64,000 bases of DNA, from NCBI GenBank assembly GCA_028534125.1, contig CM052818.1, positions 5,148,001 to 5,212,000 of the forward strand. Direction: 5' to 3'. Source of the stretch: Lama glama (Eukaryota). Shown here piece after piece: positions 13,228 to 27,609 of this stretch. A model generated the notes under the pieces. That model ran no database searches, was not told the DNA's origin, and saw nothing but the letters and a program-made list of their open reading frames with translations. A program made the position numbers and the translations under genes. Position 1 is the stretch's first letter. Every line of letters starts with the position of its first letter.

Positions 13228-15371
13228 GTTTATATTTTGCCCTCTGTAGAGTTAAAAACTTTGCTGGCTAATCTGGCTTTTTAAAACATATCATCATCAT
13301 CTTCATTATCGTCCTCCTCATCACCATCAGCATTACACTGCTTTTTAGCAAAATAGCCTTAGTTTATATGTTCCTAATAAATTCTATTTCTTTAAAGTAT
13401 TTTGGCAAAAGCTACAAAGCTGAAAACATAAAGAAAAGAGTTTCTTCAATCTGGACACTTGTTTTCTTCAAAAAAAAAAGACTATTTGTTGCTTGAGTCT
13501 TTGCTTTCTACAGCGGTCTTATTGAATATTTACTAAGATAGTCACATGATGAAAAATATTTCAATTTTTTTTGTTAGTTTACCTTTTCTTGTCAGGCTAC
13601 AGAAGGAGCTCTTAAAGTGCCTCAAAATACATACATATCAGTGGATTTTTTTCCTTATAATATTTTTTAAGAATTCATTTCCTTTCTTAAACCTACAGAG
13701 ATAGTATATCTGAGTGCTCAATAAAAGTTACTTATTTAAGTAAATGTTCAGAAGGGAATCCATGAGCAGGCTGAAATTGTAGCTGAGCAAAGCCAAAGGA
13801 ACCAAACAAGAATTATATCCACAAAGTTGAATTTTTGTATTTTACTTGAACTTATCTCAATTAGCAGCTGCTGCTATCAACTAGCTTTTACTTATTTATC
13901 CATCTCTGCCTAAAAACAAAAAGGAGTCAAGGAAACACTCTCTTCTCTTATTAAAATTGAGCTCTTTGAGATTAAAAAAAAAAAAGTGATGATACACCCC
14001 AGCAGGTATCCAGGGTTCAGAACATGGAGGGTGTCCATTAGTGTTTTCTGCTGGTTGAGAGATTTGCCGAGTGTGAGAGGCTATTTATTACTGCACAGAA
14101 CGAAGTGTGGCCACTGTAAGAGTGTGTCTCTCTCCATCTGAATCACTGTTGATAGAATCTCTGAAAGTGGAGGAGGGGCATTCTTGGGACTTCCGTGCTT
14201 AGCAAATTGCCTCTTATCAGTAAACAGACATAAATCAATGTCTATCAATTCAAATTAACTTAAATATTTCCCATTTTAAAGTGTTTTCCAAGGAATGTGT
14301 TTTAGAAGCATAGAGTAATTACATAACTAGATGCTTTCTCAAGAGCCAATTTTGTCCATTTGCCAAGGTTTTAGGAAATATAACCAGACCGTCTTGGGTA
14401 CATTCTTATCTATATGTTTGAAAAGAACTTCATAGACAGTGATTCGACAACCATCCATAAATAAATTTTCGTTTCACATCTATACTTGCGTTATGGGAGG
14501 AATTGGGAAACAGTACCTCGCTAGAGTCTTAAAAATGTTAGAGAAAAAAAATCCATATAGGAGCTGTCAGCCCCACAGTATATTTATTCAGGAGATCTCA
14601 TTCCCTGAGTGTGGTATACAGTATTTTATTTTCTTTCGCCTGTCTTCCAATCCCAAAGTAATTATTCTTAATTTGTTTTCTCACATGACATTTCTGAGCA
14701 ACAATTAATATCACAATTTTAACTACAGCTTCTTATCAATACCATACATCCTTCCCCCGTCAGTTTTATTCTTACCGCAGTAGGTTCTGCAGTTGGGTAC
14801 GTACTTTTCACCTTATCAAAATTGAACATACCAGCCAACGTCTTTATCATATTTGAAGTTTACTGTGTTCTGGGGTGCTATCACTGCCATGTTCACTAGA
14901 TGCCTTTCCTTTAGTGTAAATTAAGCCATTGAATTCAGTTATAGTCATTTCCTGGCAGAGAGAGGCAATTAAAATGGTGTGGGTCCAAAGCTGGTAATGA
15001 CTTCACAATTATGAACCAACCACAGACCAGGGTTTCCATATAAATGATCACAGTAGCTCTCAACACGGCCTTTCACGTGAGAGCCTGTACTTGGAAGGTG
15101 GACAGCAACACTTTGTAGCTGACTGTATCATTTTAGCTTTTGTTGCTTGACATTAATTCTCTTTGTTACACTCATGGGCAAGGTTCCAAGCAGCGGAGCA
15201 CTATGGAGTATTTTAATTCTAACTACATACTGATTCACCTAATCTCATACTTGAATAGTCATAATTTATCAACTTCATAATTTTAGATGTTTACTTGATA
15301 TTGTTTACTTATTGTATAGTTGGAGTCTTTTCCTCTTTCCGAACGGGGTTTCTAACTAAAATCTCACTTAC

Positions 15372-15547
15372 TATGTCCAGATGCCGCCACAGGACACTCT
15401 GTGCAATAGCTTTGGATGGTTCTGATTTAAGAGGAGGATGAGAGTGGGTGTCCATTTCTTTCAACTCCTCAGCTCTTTTGCCATCCATCATAGTCCATGT
15501 GTGGTTACTCAGGACACAGCATTACTGATAGCTGTCAAAATAACAGT
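15372..15547 (-). other. Putative internal exon (176 nt) of an unidentified gene or pseudogene
   Basis: Acceptor atttttcttggcctctcactcgcag| and donor |gtaagt. One frame reads CYFDSYQ*CCVLSNHTWTMMDGKRAEELKEMDTHSHPPLKSEPSKAIAQSVLWRHLDI with a single stop. Confidence 0.45.
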
Positions 15548-16989
15548 CTGCGAGTGAGAGGCCAAGAAAAATATGTAAAAGACTTCAGGGTGAACTGATG
15601 ATAAAGTAATTCACTTAGTCATTTACATGCTCAACTAGCATGGCCTTGGTGGGATCAGGGGTTAGTGGGAGCCAGAAGAATAAATGGGGACATCTCCAAG
15701 TAGTTTACTCTTGTTAAAAAGTAGAAAAAAAAAGATGATAATAGCATTACCAAACAAGCACGCTACAGGCAAACGTCTTAATTATGGTGCTGACCCAGCA
15801 GTGTACACAGAGTGGTCTTGCTATTGGCAGCAATGCTTTTACTTTCAAATAATATTAACTCTTCTTGGTACTGTATGTCTTAATTAAGATAATTCCCAGA
15901 AGTGCTGCTGCCAACATCAGCAGTTTTATTTCTGTTGGTGTTTCAAAGCCATTTGTGAAAGAATTGAGCTGGGCTCCTGGCACAGGGTCCATAGTGAGTT
16001 GTTCTAAGGAACTTTTGCAGTGAGTCTACAAGAAAAGCCCACAACATACTGTCTTATTAGATTAGTTAGTTAATATCACATTTCACAAATTCCTGAGAGA
16101 GAGAGGTGGTCTTGGTACTATAAAATATTCTGGGACAGCAAAAACCACATCACATGATCTGTACAAAAAATACGTTATTTGATTTTAAATATAAAATTGG
16201 CATTTATAATCTTGAAGCTCAATTTTGGGGTGTAATTAATTATAATACATTGTTATCTTCAGTGTATAGAAATACTAGAGCTGTTTGTGGTAACCGTACG
16301 ATGGAAGAATCATTGAAATCTCATTCTAACATCTGAGAAACATTGAGTTGTAATTTTTAAACAAATTCTTACATTTCTTTACCACTGCAGGACTCCAGGA
16401 AGGAACCTTTGACATGCTTTGGAGAATAACTGTAGTTACTTTACGGTTACTTGAAGAATTGCTTTTGGAAGGAGACCTGTGATAGGTAATGTCACTCCAA
16501 AGTATGCTCTTCTGATTTCCCTACTTGGAAATGTGAATGTGAAATGTAGCTTCTCTGAGAGAGCTCATGGTTCACATAAATAGTGAGCTTGAATACTGTT
16601 TGACAAATTTGAGTTCCTGAGGGTTCTAAAGTGGGTATCTATATGCATCGACAACTCTGTGGACAGTGGCCAAGTCCTCACGTTCCTTGACTCTGGTTAG
16701 AAAGTTAAAGGGATAAGATTTCCCGATGGGCTGATTTAGAGAGACCAGACCTATTCTGTTCTACAAATTTTCACTATCGTTTTTTTAGATCTCTATTATT
16801 GTCTTCCACTGATGACTTGTTATACTGTACTGAGTGCCAGCATGTTTTCAAACATATGCTCAGGGTATGCATTATTTTCAAACTTAACACACCAAATACA
16901 TCAGCAAACTTTTCTTTACAGTCCATGTTATGAGATTATGAGATAATACAAAAAGTTCATTAATTATTCTGCAGTAATGAATTTCTAGG

Positions 16990-17340
16990 CCAAATTAGAG
17001 CCGCTCCTGCCCAGGGGCGCCGCGTCAGCAAATCAAACCTTAGACAACTTGTGTCTTTGTAAATGGTCTCCTGGACCAGAAATGCAATACATGCAGCCAA
17101 TCCCCAAATGCCAAGCCAACTCTGGGCTCTATACTTACTTCTTTGTTCCTTCTTACCACAGACTAGGTTGACTAGATGACCCCAACCAATCAGATGTTTT
17201 CTGTTTTTCTGCCTTATACTTTATTCTTTATCCTATAAAATCGTTCTGCCTTCCACCCCCTTTTGCAATTCTCTGGAGACTGTCCACTTCATGAAGGGTA
17301 AAATAGTTTGTTGCATCACCTAAGTTGTCACCTTTAACCA
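16990..17340 (+). mobile_element. Possible ERV LTR remnant
   Basis: Two CCAAT motifs (cagccaatc, aaccaatcag) followed by cctataaaa, an LTR U3-like arrangement; termini are unclear. Confidence 0.35.
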
Positions 17341-20124
17341 TTTAAAATAGTTCTTTTAGTTGTTTTATGTATGGAAAGTGCCTACTATTATACAATGTTT
17401 TTCAACTTCATAAAAAATGTTTTCTCTTTGGTAATTGTTTCCACCGGGCACTAAGACCCTACTATTGCCCTGTGGGTCTTCCTTTGAGAGTTCCTTAAGA
17501 GTGTACTTGTTGCCTCTGACGATCTAGGAACTTTTACAAATGACATTAGAACCGAGAGAGAATGGCATTGGCTCTTAATTACATAAGGTTCCCAGAAGCC
17601 AGCAATGGCTACAGATTGTGGTAATTGAAAGTAACGAAAACTTTTCCCTTAGTGTGAACATTCTCATCTTTAAAAAACAAACAAACAAACAAATTATATC
17701 TATTAAAAGAATAATTTCTTTATATTTTAAGACTATGATGTTTGTCCATATTCTAGAAACATTTTGATAATGTAGACAGTTTACATTACATAGGTGGGGG
17801 GAAAATAGTATATTTATTTTTTTGAAATCCAAATAAAACAAACAGCACAGTTGGTAACCATACTCAGCTATAACTTTTGAAAATCACTCAGTATTAAGAC
17901 TTGCTTCCACTTGTTTTTTTTTTTTCACTTCTTATTGATGTGTGAAATACTGCAGTTATCTTATAGCATCAGAATTCCAAAGGGGAAAAAAAATTCTACA
18001 TTTCTCCTAGTAGAGGTGAGAAGGAAGAACTTAGGCAGATGTGGTTATCCAGGTCATTTTTTAAATGAATACTATCATAATGTGCTAAGTGCAAAAACAG
18101 TGTCAGGTGTCTCCAAAGAAGATGATCATCTAAATTAAGTTAGGGCCTCAGTGGGCTATTTGAACAATAGTGAAAATAAAATCTTATTTCTATTTCGAAA
18201 GATATAGGGTGATTTAAATCACGTGGACAGAGTATTTCACTGAAATGTAATAATCTAAAAAAGAAAAAATGAAATGTAATGATCTGAGGGAAATTTTAAT
18301 GGAAAGGGATAGAATGTAAGAAAGGGTCAATGTACGACTGATGGAATAGGAAATGATTTAGAAACATTAAAAAAATTATTTCTAGTAATGAATTTGAAGT
18401 AGTAAAAGTCATCTTTCTCTTCCTCAATTATTTATTCTTCTATTCATTTATTCAGTTAGAAGTTACAGAAATTCTCTTACTAAGTTTTGTATTTTGGGAA
18501 AAAATGCTTCATGTTTATAATTAACAGAACCTGAAATGTTTCTAAAATGTTTACTTAGAAAAGAAGAAATAAAGATTTTTTGCAATAAAAATATGGAGAA
18601 ACAGTGCAAAATTAATCAACGTATTAAATATATGTTCTTGAGCAAATAATAACCTCTCTGGAAATAAGTTGCTTCCTTTGTAAAAATGAATTAGAAGTAA
18701 CCGAAATTTACTATCCATTTAAGCTGCATTTGCCAACTATGAGATGCGCTGGACTTGGTGGTAGGCGGGCCCCCTTTCTGAAAGTTGCTAATTCTCTATT
18801 TGCTGGCCAAACTATTATATCTCAACATATGTACTGCTCTGGAAAGCTGTAAGGATAGCCGTAATTTCAAGCCTTGGAACAAGCTCCAGAAATCTTAGTA
18901 GAACTTACACCTTGAGTGAAGTCTTCCCCTTCCAAAATGGAGTCTGCCAGACTGATGACTTTGACTCACTCTGACTCAGCTAAGGAACTCCAGATCTCAA
19001 GTCCGTTTTCTTTCCCACTCTCAGTGACTGAGAAACACTGCGAGTCTCTGTCTAAATGGGTGAGGAGGGGAGGGGAGCAGACACCTTGTTTTCTGGTTTC
19101 ACGTTGAAGAAGGACAGAGAATCGCGACTAAATGACCCTGGGAACAAAAACACACTCTGATTCAAGGAAGCTGGAAAAGGCTGCAAAATAAATGGATTGT
19201 GACTGTGCTATAAATGAACTTGTCAAGGCTCGATTAAATCTGAGCAACATCAGACCTATGGAGGGACCTTAGATTTTCCGAATGAAAATATGAGTTACTA
19301 TGAAACGTTACTGTTTTGTACTAGAACATTGGGTTAAATAGACAAAATCATGAAGTCTTTTGGGGCTCCAGATGGACAAAATTCTCTTTAAAGAATTAAA
19401 TTTAATTCTTTATGAATTAAAGATGAATAAAAAGTAGTGAAAATCTACGCCCAGGTTCCTATAGTCTGTCCCTACGATCACACATTTGTTTATCTTTATC
19501 TTTTGGTCACTAAATTCCTCTACATCCTTTAGTTGGGATTTTCTCCTTCCTTTGTGGAAAACAGAGATATCCTTCTAGAGACTCCAAAAAAATGAAGACA
19601 GTACTGTTTTAAAGATGGTATATCAATGAGGTACATCAATTGCTGAATACAGACCATATTTGCAGGGACACAGGGAGATGTGGGAGCTCACAGGACATCT
19701 GTGAGCCCAAGAGGGAGACAGAGATTAAATAAGCAGCCACATCAAACAACTTCCGCCTCTTACTTCCAATCGGCCCTGTTGACATGGAGATGAGAACTTG
19801 ACCTTGTAAATCAACTGAACTCCAATTAAAAAAAACAAAAAGGAAGAACTTGACCTGATTTCCCCCACTCCCAGTCTCCCTTGCCCCTTCCCAGATGTGG
19901 TCTATTGCAGTTAGTAACTGGAAGAGCCGTAATACAACAAGACTGCAAGGGACCACAGAAAGGACATGTGACAGAAGCTGCAGGAGGGAACTAATTGCGC
20001 CAGGGTCTCAACACTAGTTATGGGTAAGATGATAACTGCAACTCACATCCTACGTCTCGTTTGGTCACAGCTACTCTCTGGCATCAGGCAACTTCCAGAA
20101 AATTGTGGAACTCTCCACACCCTG

Positions 20125-20582
20125 GCTTCACTTTTTAGGGCTGCCATAACAAAGGACCACAGGCTGTCGCTTCCAACAGCCGATGGTTCTTCTCTTATCT
20201 CACGGTCTGGAAGCTGTAAGTGAAAAATCAAGTGTTGGCAATTCATGCTCCATCCAGAGCCTACAGGCAGAATCCTCCCTTGCCTCTTCCTAGCTTTTGC
20301 TGGCGGCTGGCCATCCTTGTTGCTCCTCGTCTGGTAGCTCCATCACTCCCGACTCTGCCTCTGCACTCACATGACCTTCTTCCCTGTGTGTCTGTCTTCA
20401 CTTCACCTTCCCTCTTCTTTTAAGGATGACACTCATATTAGAGCAAGAGCCCACCCTACTCCAGTATGTCCTTATGTTAACTAATGACATCTGCAATGAC
20501 CTTATTAAGTTCATAGTTGGAGGTAGTGGGCATTAGGGACTCAACATCTCTTTTGGGTGGGTACACAACTCAGTCCATAACA
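20125..20582 (-). mobile_element. MaLR LTR (MLT1C-like)
   Basis: tagggctgccataacaaag...cacaactcagtccataaca, reverse-complement MLT1. Confidence 0.85.
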
Positions 20583-23270
20583 TACTCCAGAGCATGGAGG
20601 CTGAGGTCTGCAGAGATCGGAAGGGCAATGGAGAGGCCAGTAAAGAGGTCTTCTGAGGATCTCTCATTTGTTTCCCCTGGTTCCATTTGATATTCAGCTT
20701 GTGTATCGTTAACAGAAACTCAGAGGAACTTTGCAACCAAGAAAAGAGGAGAGATGCTCCTCTCTGTTTCTCTCTTATTCTCTCTTCCCAAAGCAGTTGC
20801 CATTTGGAGAAACAAAGGCAGTCTTTGCCCATTGTTTCCTGCCCGCTGCCTCCAGTCTTCCCACCAGAAAATGGGGTCCTATCACTTGCTCGCCTGGTTC
20901 ACGGTCGTTACCTGCCGACCAGGCAGAGAGCACCACAGTGGCTGATGGAAACTTTCTCCTCAGCATAAACTGTGCCGTTCTCTAATTTGTTTGGCTAAAC
21001 TGCATTAGTCATACTGAAAGTTTTATTAGCAGAGTCGAATACAGGAAGCTGGGGCGGGCATGCTGTATTTTTAAAAATTAAAGCATTTTTAAAAATAAGC
21101 TTGGCACATTGATTAGCTCATTTTCAACACAAGAGGCTCAGTCCTTTTAATAATCCTCAGCATTACTGCATTACTGTAAATTCTGTTTCCGCCTATAGGT
21201 CATACTGTTCAAAACAGGATTCACAAAACCCCTTCCAACAACAACACACACGTGTTTCATGTTAGGTTCTGCTTGAGGCTCACTTTTGCTAAGATATTAC
21301 CGAGCTGGCCGAGAGAGGGATGGCCCTGAATTTCTGCAGGACCTTACCACTGTAAATTTAAAGGACAAACTGTGATTCTTTGCCTAAGTTGAAACTAACA
21401 CTTTTTATCCATAAATGTGATTTTTGTATGTTTTCCCAGTGGTCGAAGGCAAGCAATTATGGGCAATTATTCTGTCATTTCTAGAGGTCACTTCATTTGA
21501 CCTGGTTTTTTTTTGTTTTTTAAATTTCTCCCAGCCTTTCATAGGAGTGGGCGCTTAAGCACATTTTTTTCTTCCCCTTATTGCCATTGTTTGTTTGTTT
21601 ATAACAGATAAGGAACACTTAGCCTTTGTTTAGAACTCAGCCAATGCTATTGGGTAAGTCCTATCATTACCATGTCAGACACATCACTAGTGCACTAGAC
21701 CCTGGTAGGTGAGCTTCTCATCACAGCCCACAATGTTTTACAGGGACTATTACTCTGATGTTGCGGATACACATCATATAAAGCCCTTCCGGCACGTTAG
21801 CATATTGAGAGCACACTTGGAATCTCCTCTTCCAAAGAAACCTGACTGATTATAGCCTTCATTTCATCAAATTCACTATTACTGCTTTCAGGGTCAAGCA
21901 CGGTGCTCATGTTGTAGTAAGTATTAATAATCTGTTGAATAACAGTGAAAAAGAAGCGGACAACTGTTTCTTCGTCTACATTATTAAAAAAACAGAATTT
22001 CTTATTCTTGTTCTTGAATTAAGTAACTCTTACAATAAAGATTTTACTAGGCTCTATGTTGATTAAAACTTCTCATATTACAAGAGCAGAGGAAAAGTCT
22101 ATGATTTGAAAATTCTCAAGTAACTCATTTTACGGGTTAATGTTTTAGGTTCAGTAGATTAAAGATACGCCAAACAAGAAGAAATTCACTTGAAAGAAAA
22201 TGGTGGATATTTGTGTATTTTCTTCCAAAAGTTTAACGAAAATAATTACATTAGGAAACCAATAACTTTATGTTTGCTTCTGGAGTTTGTTTGGGAGAAG
22301 CAATTTATTTATTAGATTCCGCATTGCCAAGTTAATTTTTTTATGACATTTGCAAATGGATCAGACAGTGTAACATTACCTCCTTGCAACAAAAGGAGAA
22401 AAAGCAGCACCAAAAATAAATGTCCTAGGCGTAACTCTCACGTAATTCAAACGACCCAGTTCAGAGTTTGATGCCAATCTAAATGGCCTTACCCATCCCT
22501 ACCACTGCCCTCCCACACTGGAAATGTGCCCCCCCGTAAGATGTCTTCATGATGAATGAGCTAATATTTATGAAGCACTGAGAGATTCCCTGGGCAAGAC
22601 ACTGTCTAATTACAAAGTACAGTCCTCATTATTAAATGGAAGCTATTTTCCCCCTGTGTTTTTCGTTATCCCTACCATTTCCATGCCATACCCTCCTGAT
22701 GGTTTCCATTGCAAATTGGAATAAGCTTCTTAAAAATGATGGGGGGGTGGGGTGGAGGAGCTCAATAATTTTAAGTCACAGTGCGTTGCACATGCCCAGA
22801 AAAGCCTAGATCACTTCCAAATTCAAGGACTAATAAAAATTGGAAGCACTCCAGTAATTTTAAATTGCTTTGCACATTGAAGAGTGATTTAAAATCACTG
22901 AAGTGATTCAATTTTTTTATATACGCACTTCAATTTAGAAGTGAGTCAGACAGCGTCATAGTGTAGACTTAGAAGTCCAAGACATCGAATTAATGTTTAA
23001 AAAGTTAGGAATTAGACTAAAACATAACTGCGGAAACCAAGATCAAACAATCACTAGAGTCAATTGGGCCATTACATTGAAGGACCCTGGTGAATGTCCA
23101 GACATATTTTCCAAGGCCTGTCCTCATCTGTCCATGACCATCTCTTTTTCTTCGAACCAACAATACATATATTTACTGCTTATTTATAAATGTACTATAT
23201 ATGCTCTTTAACATTTACCAGATTACTTTTTCAGTATTATTATTTATTTTTGTCTGGTCATTTAATTTTC

Positions 23271-23743
23271 TCTTTTTTCCTCTTTTTAAAAATTGAAGTA
23301 TACTCAGTTTACAATGTGTCATTTTCTGGTGTATAGCACAGTGATTCAGTTGTACATATACATACATACATTCCTTTTCACATTCTTTTTCATTATAGGG
23401 TACTACAAGATATTGAATGTAGTTCCCTGTGCTATACAATAGGACCTTGCTCTTTATCTATTTTATGTATAGTAGTTAGTATCTACAAACCTCAAACTCC
23501 CAATTTATCCCTTCCCACCTGCTTCCCCTCTGGTAACCATAAGTTTGTTCTCTATGTCTGAGTTTATTTCTGTTTTGTAAATAAGTTCATTTGTGTCATT
23601 TTTTTAGATTCCACATATGAGTGATATCATATGGTATTTTTCTTTGTTTTTCTGGCTTACTTTACTTAGAATGACAATCTCCAGGTCCATTCATGTCGCT
23701 GCAAATGGTTATTTCACTCTTTTTTATGGCTGAGTAGTATTCC

Positions 23744-23814
<71 letters not shown>

Positions 23815-24091
23815 GTTGATGGACATTTAGGTTGTTTCCATGTCTTGGCTACTGTAAATAGTGCTGCTATGAACATTAGGGTGCAGGTGTCTTTTTGAAT
23901 TAAGGTTCCCTCTGGAAATATAATGAGGAATGGGATTGCTGGACCATATGGTAAGTCTATTTTTAGTTTTTTGAGGAATTTCCATACTGTTTTCCATAAT
24001 GGCTGCACCAAACTATATTCCTATCAACAGTATAGAAGGGTCCCCTTTTCTCCATACCCTCTCCAGCATTTATCATTTGTGGACTTTTTAA
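23271..24091 (-). mobile_element. 5'-truncated L1 with 16-bp TSD
   Basis: ORF2 C-terminal peptide (23724-24011, [20 protein letters not shown]); TSD tggtcatttaattttc at 23255-23270 and 24092-24107; internal (TG)n(TA)n. Confidence 0.92.
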
Positions 24092-24129
24092 TGGTCATTT
24101 AATTTTCACATGGGAAATATAATTATACA

Positions 24130-24393
24130 AATGCAATCAACGTATATAATTTAAATTTTCTACAGTCATATGAAAAAAGAGAAAAATGAAAATGTAAAAT
24201 TAATTTCAATAGTGTATTTCCTTTAGGTTAATATATCCAAAATATTACTTCAATGTGTAATTAATATACAAAATTATTGAGCTATTTCACTATTTGTTTT
24301 TACACTTACAGCACATCTTGATTTAGAGTGGCTGCCCTTTCAGTGTCCGATGGCCACATGTTGCTAGTGGCCACCATATTGGACAGTGCAGGT
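24130..24393. mobile_element. MER33/MER3-like hAT-Charlie element
   Basis: ggccacatgttgctagtggccaccatattggacagtgcag terminus. Confidence 0.7.
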
Positions 24394-25689
24394 ACAGACT
24401 TGAAGGTACGAACTATGTTTTCTACTTTGCAACCTTGTATGCTTCTGGTTTGCATTTTTCCTCGCTTTCACCACCTCATTTTACTTTGTGGCTATCTCAA
24501 TGATGCAGGTTTATCAGCATCAAAAGAAAACCAAACAAAGCAAGACCAAACATCCCAGCGATTGTTCTTCAGGCCACGTGCAATTTGACAACCCATATTC
24601 TACCTGAGCTGCATCTCCGATTGAAACAGAAAGCTGACATATGGAGTTTCCTGAAGGCCTAAAGCTAAATTTCAACGTGTATTCATTTATGCATAAAATT
24701 CAAATATGGCCAATGAAAAGACTCTCTATTCACCATGACAGAAAGAAGAAAAAGAAAACACACGAATAATTTTCAGTGGTCAAATTGAGCAAGAGTTTAT
24801 TAACAGCTACAAAACAAGGAGCATCATTTTCCCAGTAAGGAATCTGGCCAGTGATTTTTGCCTATCTCAAGTCTCTGCTGGAAAAGGCATTCTATGCTCA
24901 GGGGACGGATTTTTCAGAGCCTCCCGGGCCAGCACATGAGGATATGAGTAAATGTAAAAAAGATGGCAGCGCACAGTGGATGCATTGTCGGGAAAGCAAA
25001 TGATTTTACATGGCTCAGAGCAAAGAAAGGATGTATACGGCCACAAATGACAGTTTGATGGATAGAGATGGATGGCCAGAGAGAAACCTCACTTAAAATT
25101 CTTCCTTTGAACATTCCTGCACTGAAGAATTTCATAGAACTACTCTTGTGTTTTTTCTCCTTTTTCAGTCTTTTAATTATTTATTTGTCAGACTCTAAAA
25201 GCAACCTATGTCCTTTATAACCATGTTGAAAGTTTACAAAAAAGAAAAAATAATAATAAAAGATGACCTTCCTTCCCACTAGCCAGAGGAAATCATTGTT
25301 AACATTTTGACCATGTTTGGCACACAATATAGAACCAGATCATTTGACATCTTTATTTCTAGTTTTGTTCCAAAATTATTGTTTTAATTCCCCTTTTGTA
25401 GTTTTGTTGATAATATTCCATAAGCTGCTGTCAAGAACTTGATGAAATATCTTTGCCCCAGCAGCAACTTGTCCTTAGCATCTATTCAAGCTATTTGTGA
25501 ACAGACAGTACAGAGAGGAGAGACTTTAGGAGTATTTCCCTCCATTAAAAGTATTATTGCTTGAATTTCAGCAGATAGATTATTAATAGAAGAAGATTTG
25601 GGAAAGAGTCCCTTTCCATGTACTCTAAGCGAACACATTTGATTTACTGCCCTCTTGCTGCCTGGCAGACTAGTCATCTTTTAAAGTTG

Positions 25690-25960
25690 GTAATAACCTA
25701 CATTTGCTGAGAAAGTACTATATTCCAAATATTTTATATTTTGGATTTTATCATTTCATCCTCAAAATAACTTTATGAAAAGGACACCATCATCAGTCCC
25801 TTTTTTTCCATTAAGGGTCCTTATCCTTAGAGATTGAGAATAAGTCATTTATTTAAATCACAATGCTATTAAACAGCAGAGTCAAGATTCACACCCAGAA
25901 TGTAGAGTCTATTTTGAGAAGAATTGTCCGTTCTTAACTCCTATTACTATACAGCCTCAG
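25690..25960 (-). mobile_element. MIR remnant
   Basis: tcatttcatcctcaaaataac...agagtcaagattcacacccag. Confidence 0.55.
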
Positions 25961-26483
25961 ATTCATGAAGAAATTCCCCAGTTTGTCCTATGCCTTTGCA
26001 TCTGCCACTCTTCATTGCACATAGCTGTTCAATTAGCTGACTGTAAGCTTCCTGAGGGCAAGTTGGTGCCTTGTTCATCCTCGTAACTCCCACTGTCTAA
26101 CACAGCGTCAGGCACCTCAGAGGGGCTCAGGAAGCATTTACTGAACAAATGGTGGAAGTCAAAAATCTTGGAAGAGAGACATAACATGATATTTTACGGT
26201 GTTTCTCTTTAAAATTTGAAGTCTTCCAGGGCAGATGGCCTTCTTCTTATGAGTGTAATTTAAAATCACCCAAAGAAAAGGAGCTGAATTGTTTAGTACT
26301 GTGAGAACTTTTGGCTATTAAAACGATCTTCAGAGTACCCTGGGTTATATTTGGCCTGTAGCACAGAGCAAAAATTTATCCAACACTCTTTCAAAGATTT
26401 ACAAACTGCTGTAAACTAAAAATCTATTTTTTTTAATGGGTCTAAATTGATGTACCATAACTTAGAAGTCCTGTGAAGCTTCT

Positions 26484-26606
26484 TGGTTTCAATTGTTTAA
26501 CTTTTTTTTTTTCTATCCACATGGTTTCAATTGTTTTACTATTTTTTTTTTTGCTTTTCTATCAACATGGTTTCAATTGTCTTTTTTTTTTTTGATTTTC
26601 TATCAA
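26484..26606. repeat. Imperfect tandem triplication of a ~40-46 bp unit
   Basis: tggtttcaattgt...(T)n...ttctatc occurs three times. Confidence 0.8.
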
Positions 26607-26779
26607 AGTGTAGCTCAGCAAGTGTGAACCCACACAAGCCAAAATGAAAAAAAGGGGTTTTCACAGAGTCTTTGGAAACTGAGTTGCATGGTACTCGTGG
26701 CTTTGTTCAGCAACTCAAGGGGGCTAGTGTGTCCAGCATCGCAATCTATGACATTAACAAAAATGATGACTCTTGGTCA

Positions 26780-26920
26780 GGGGAGGGTATAGCTCAAGTG
26801 GTAGAGTGTGTGCTGAGCATGCAGGAGATCCTGGTTTCAATCCCCAGTACCTCATCTAAAAATAAATAAATAAATAAACCTAATTGCCAACCTCCCCCCC
26901 AACCCCGGCCACCACCTCAA
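26780..26920 (+). mobile_element. Camelid tRNA-derived SINE (Vic-1-like)
   Basis: ggggagggtatagctcaagtggtagag...ggtttcaatccccagtacctc, (aaat)n tail, gatgactc-containing TSD. Confidence 0.88.
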
Positions 26921-27454
26921 ATAGGATGACTCCTTAGGCAGCTGGAATAAAATGTTTAAAAACCAAGTAGCAAGGAAAATATTTAATGACTCCTGTGTGT
27001 GCATTTATGACTTCTGTGTTTCCAACTTCTGTGTGGTTTTTTAACAAGGATAGATGTGTTCTTTGTAAAGAAAAGAAGTTGTGTGAAACCCCAAATGCTC
27101 AGGTTAAGACCAAAGGATGATAAAATGTCTTCCTCACAGAGAATTCTTACATTTTAAAAAAATGATTTTAAGTACAGCGACTGAGAAACAAGTTTCCACT
27201 TGTCTAGATAATGCAGCTTGGGATGGAATGATACATCTTTAGCCATGTGCCTATTTCACTCTTGTGATTTGTCTCATGTTAAAAAAAGGCCACTTCAGAG
27301 GTTTTGTACACATTGACTTTGGTTTTATGTCTGTTTAATGGACAATAAAGTCTGCCCTATTATTTATACTTAGTACCTTCCATTTATCCTGCAACCTTAC
27401 TACACCCAAGTGAAGAAACATTGAATTAGGGCTATGGGTAGGGTTAGGAATTTT

Positions 27455-27600
27455 GTGTGTGTGTGTGTATGTATACACATACATATACATATACACACAC
27501 ACACACACACATATTTATTTATAGAAGCATTATATACATATATATTCTATATGCTTATGTGTGTATGTGTTTTGTGTATATATGTGTGTATCTCTATCTC
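27455..27600. repeat. Compound (TG)/(CA)/(TA) microsatellite
   Basis: Direct reading. Confidence 0.85.
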
Positions 27601-27609
27601 CGTATCTCT

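Noticed and set aside
26780..26855. tRNA gene (also at ~32965 and ~59990)
   Set aside because: A-rich tails, TSDs and multiple diverged copies mark these as tRNA-derived SINEs.
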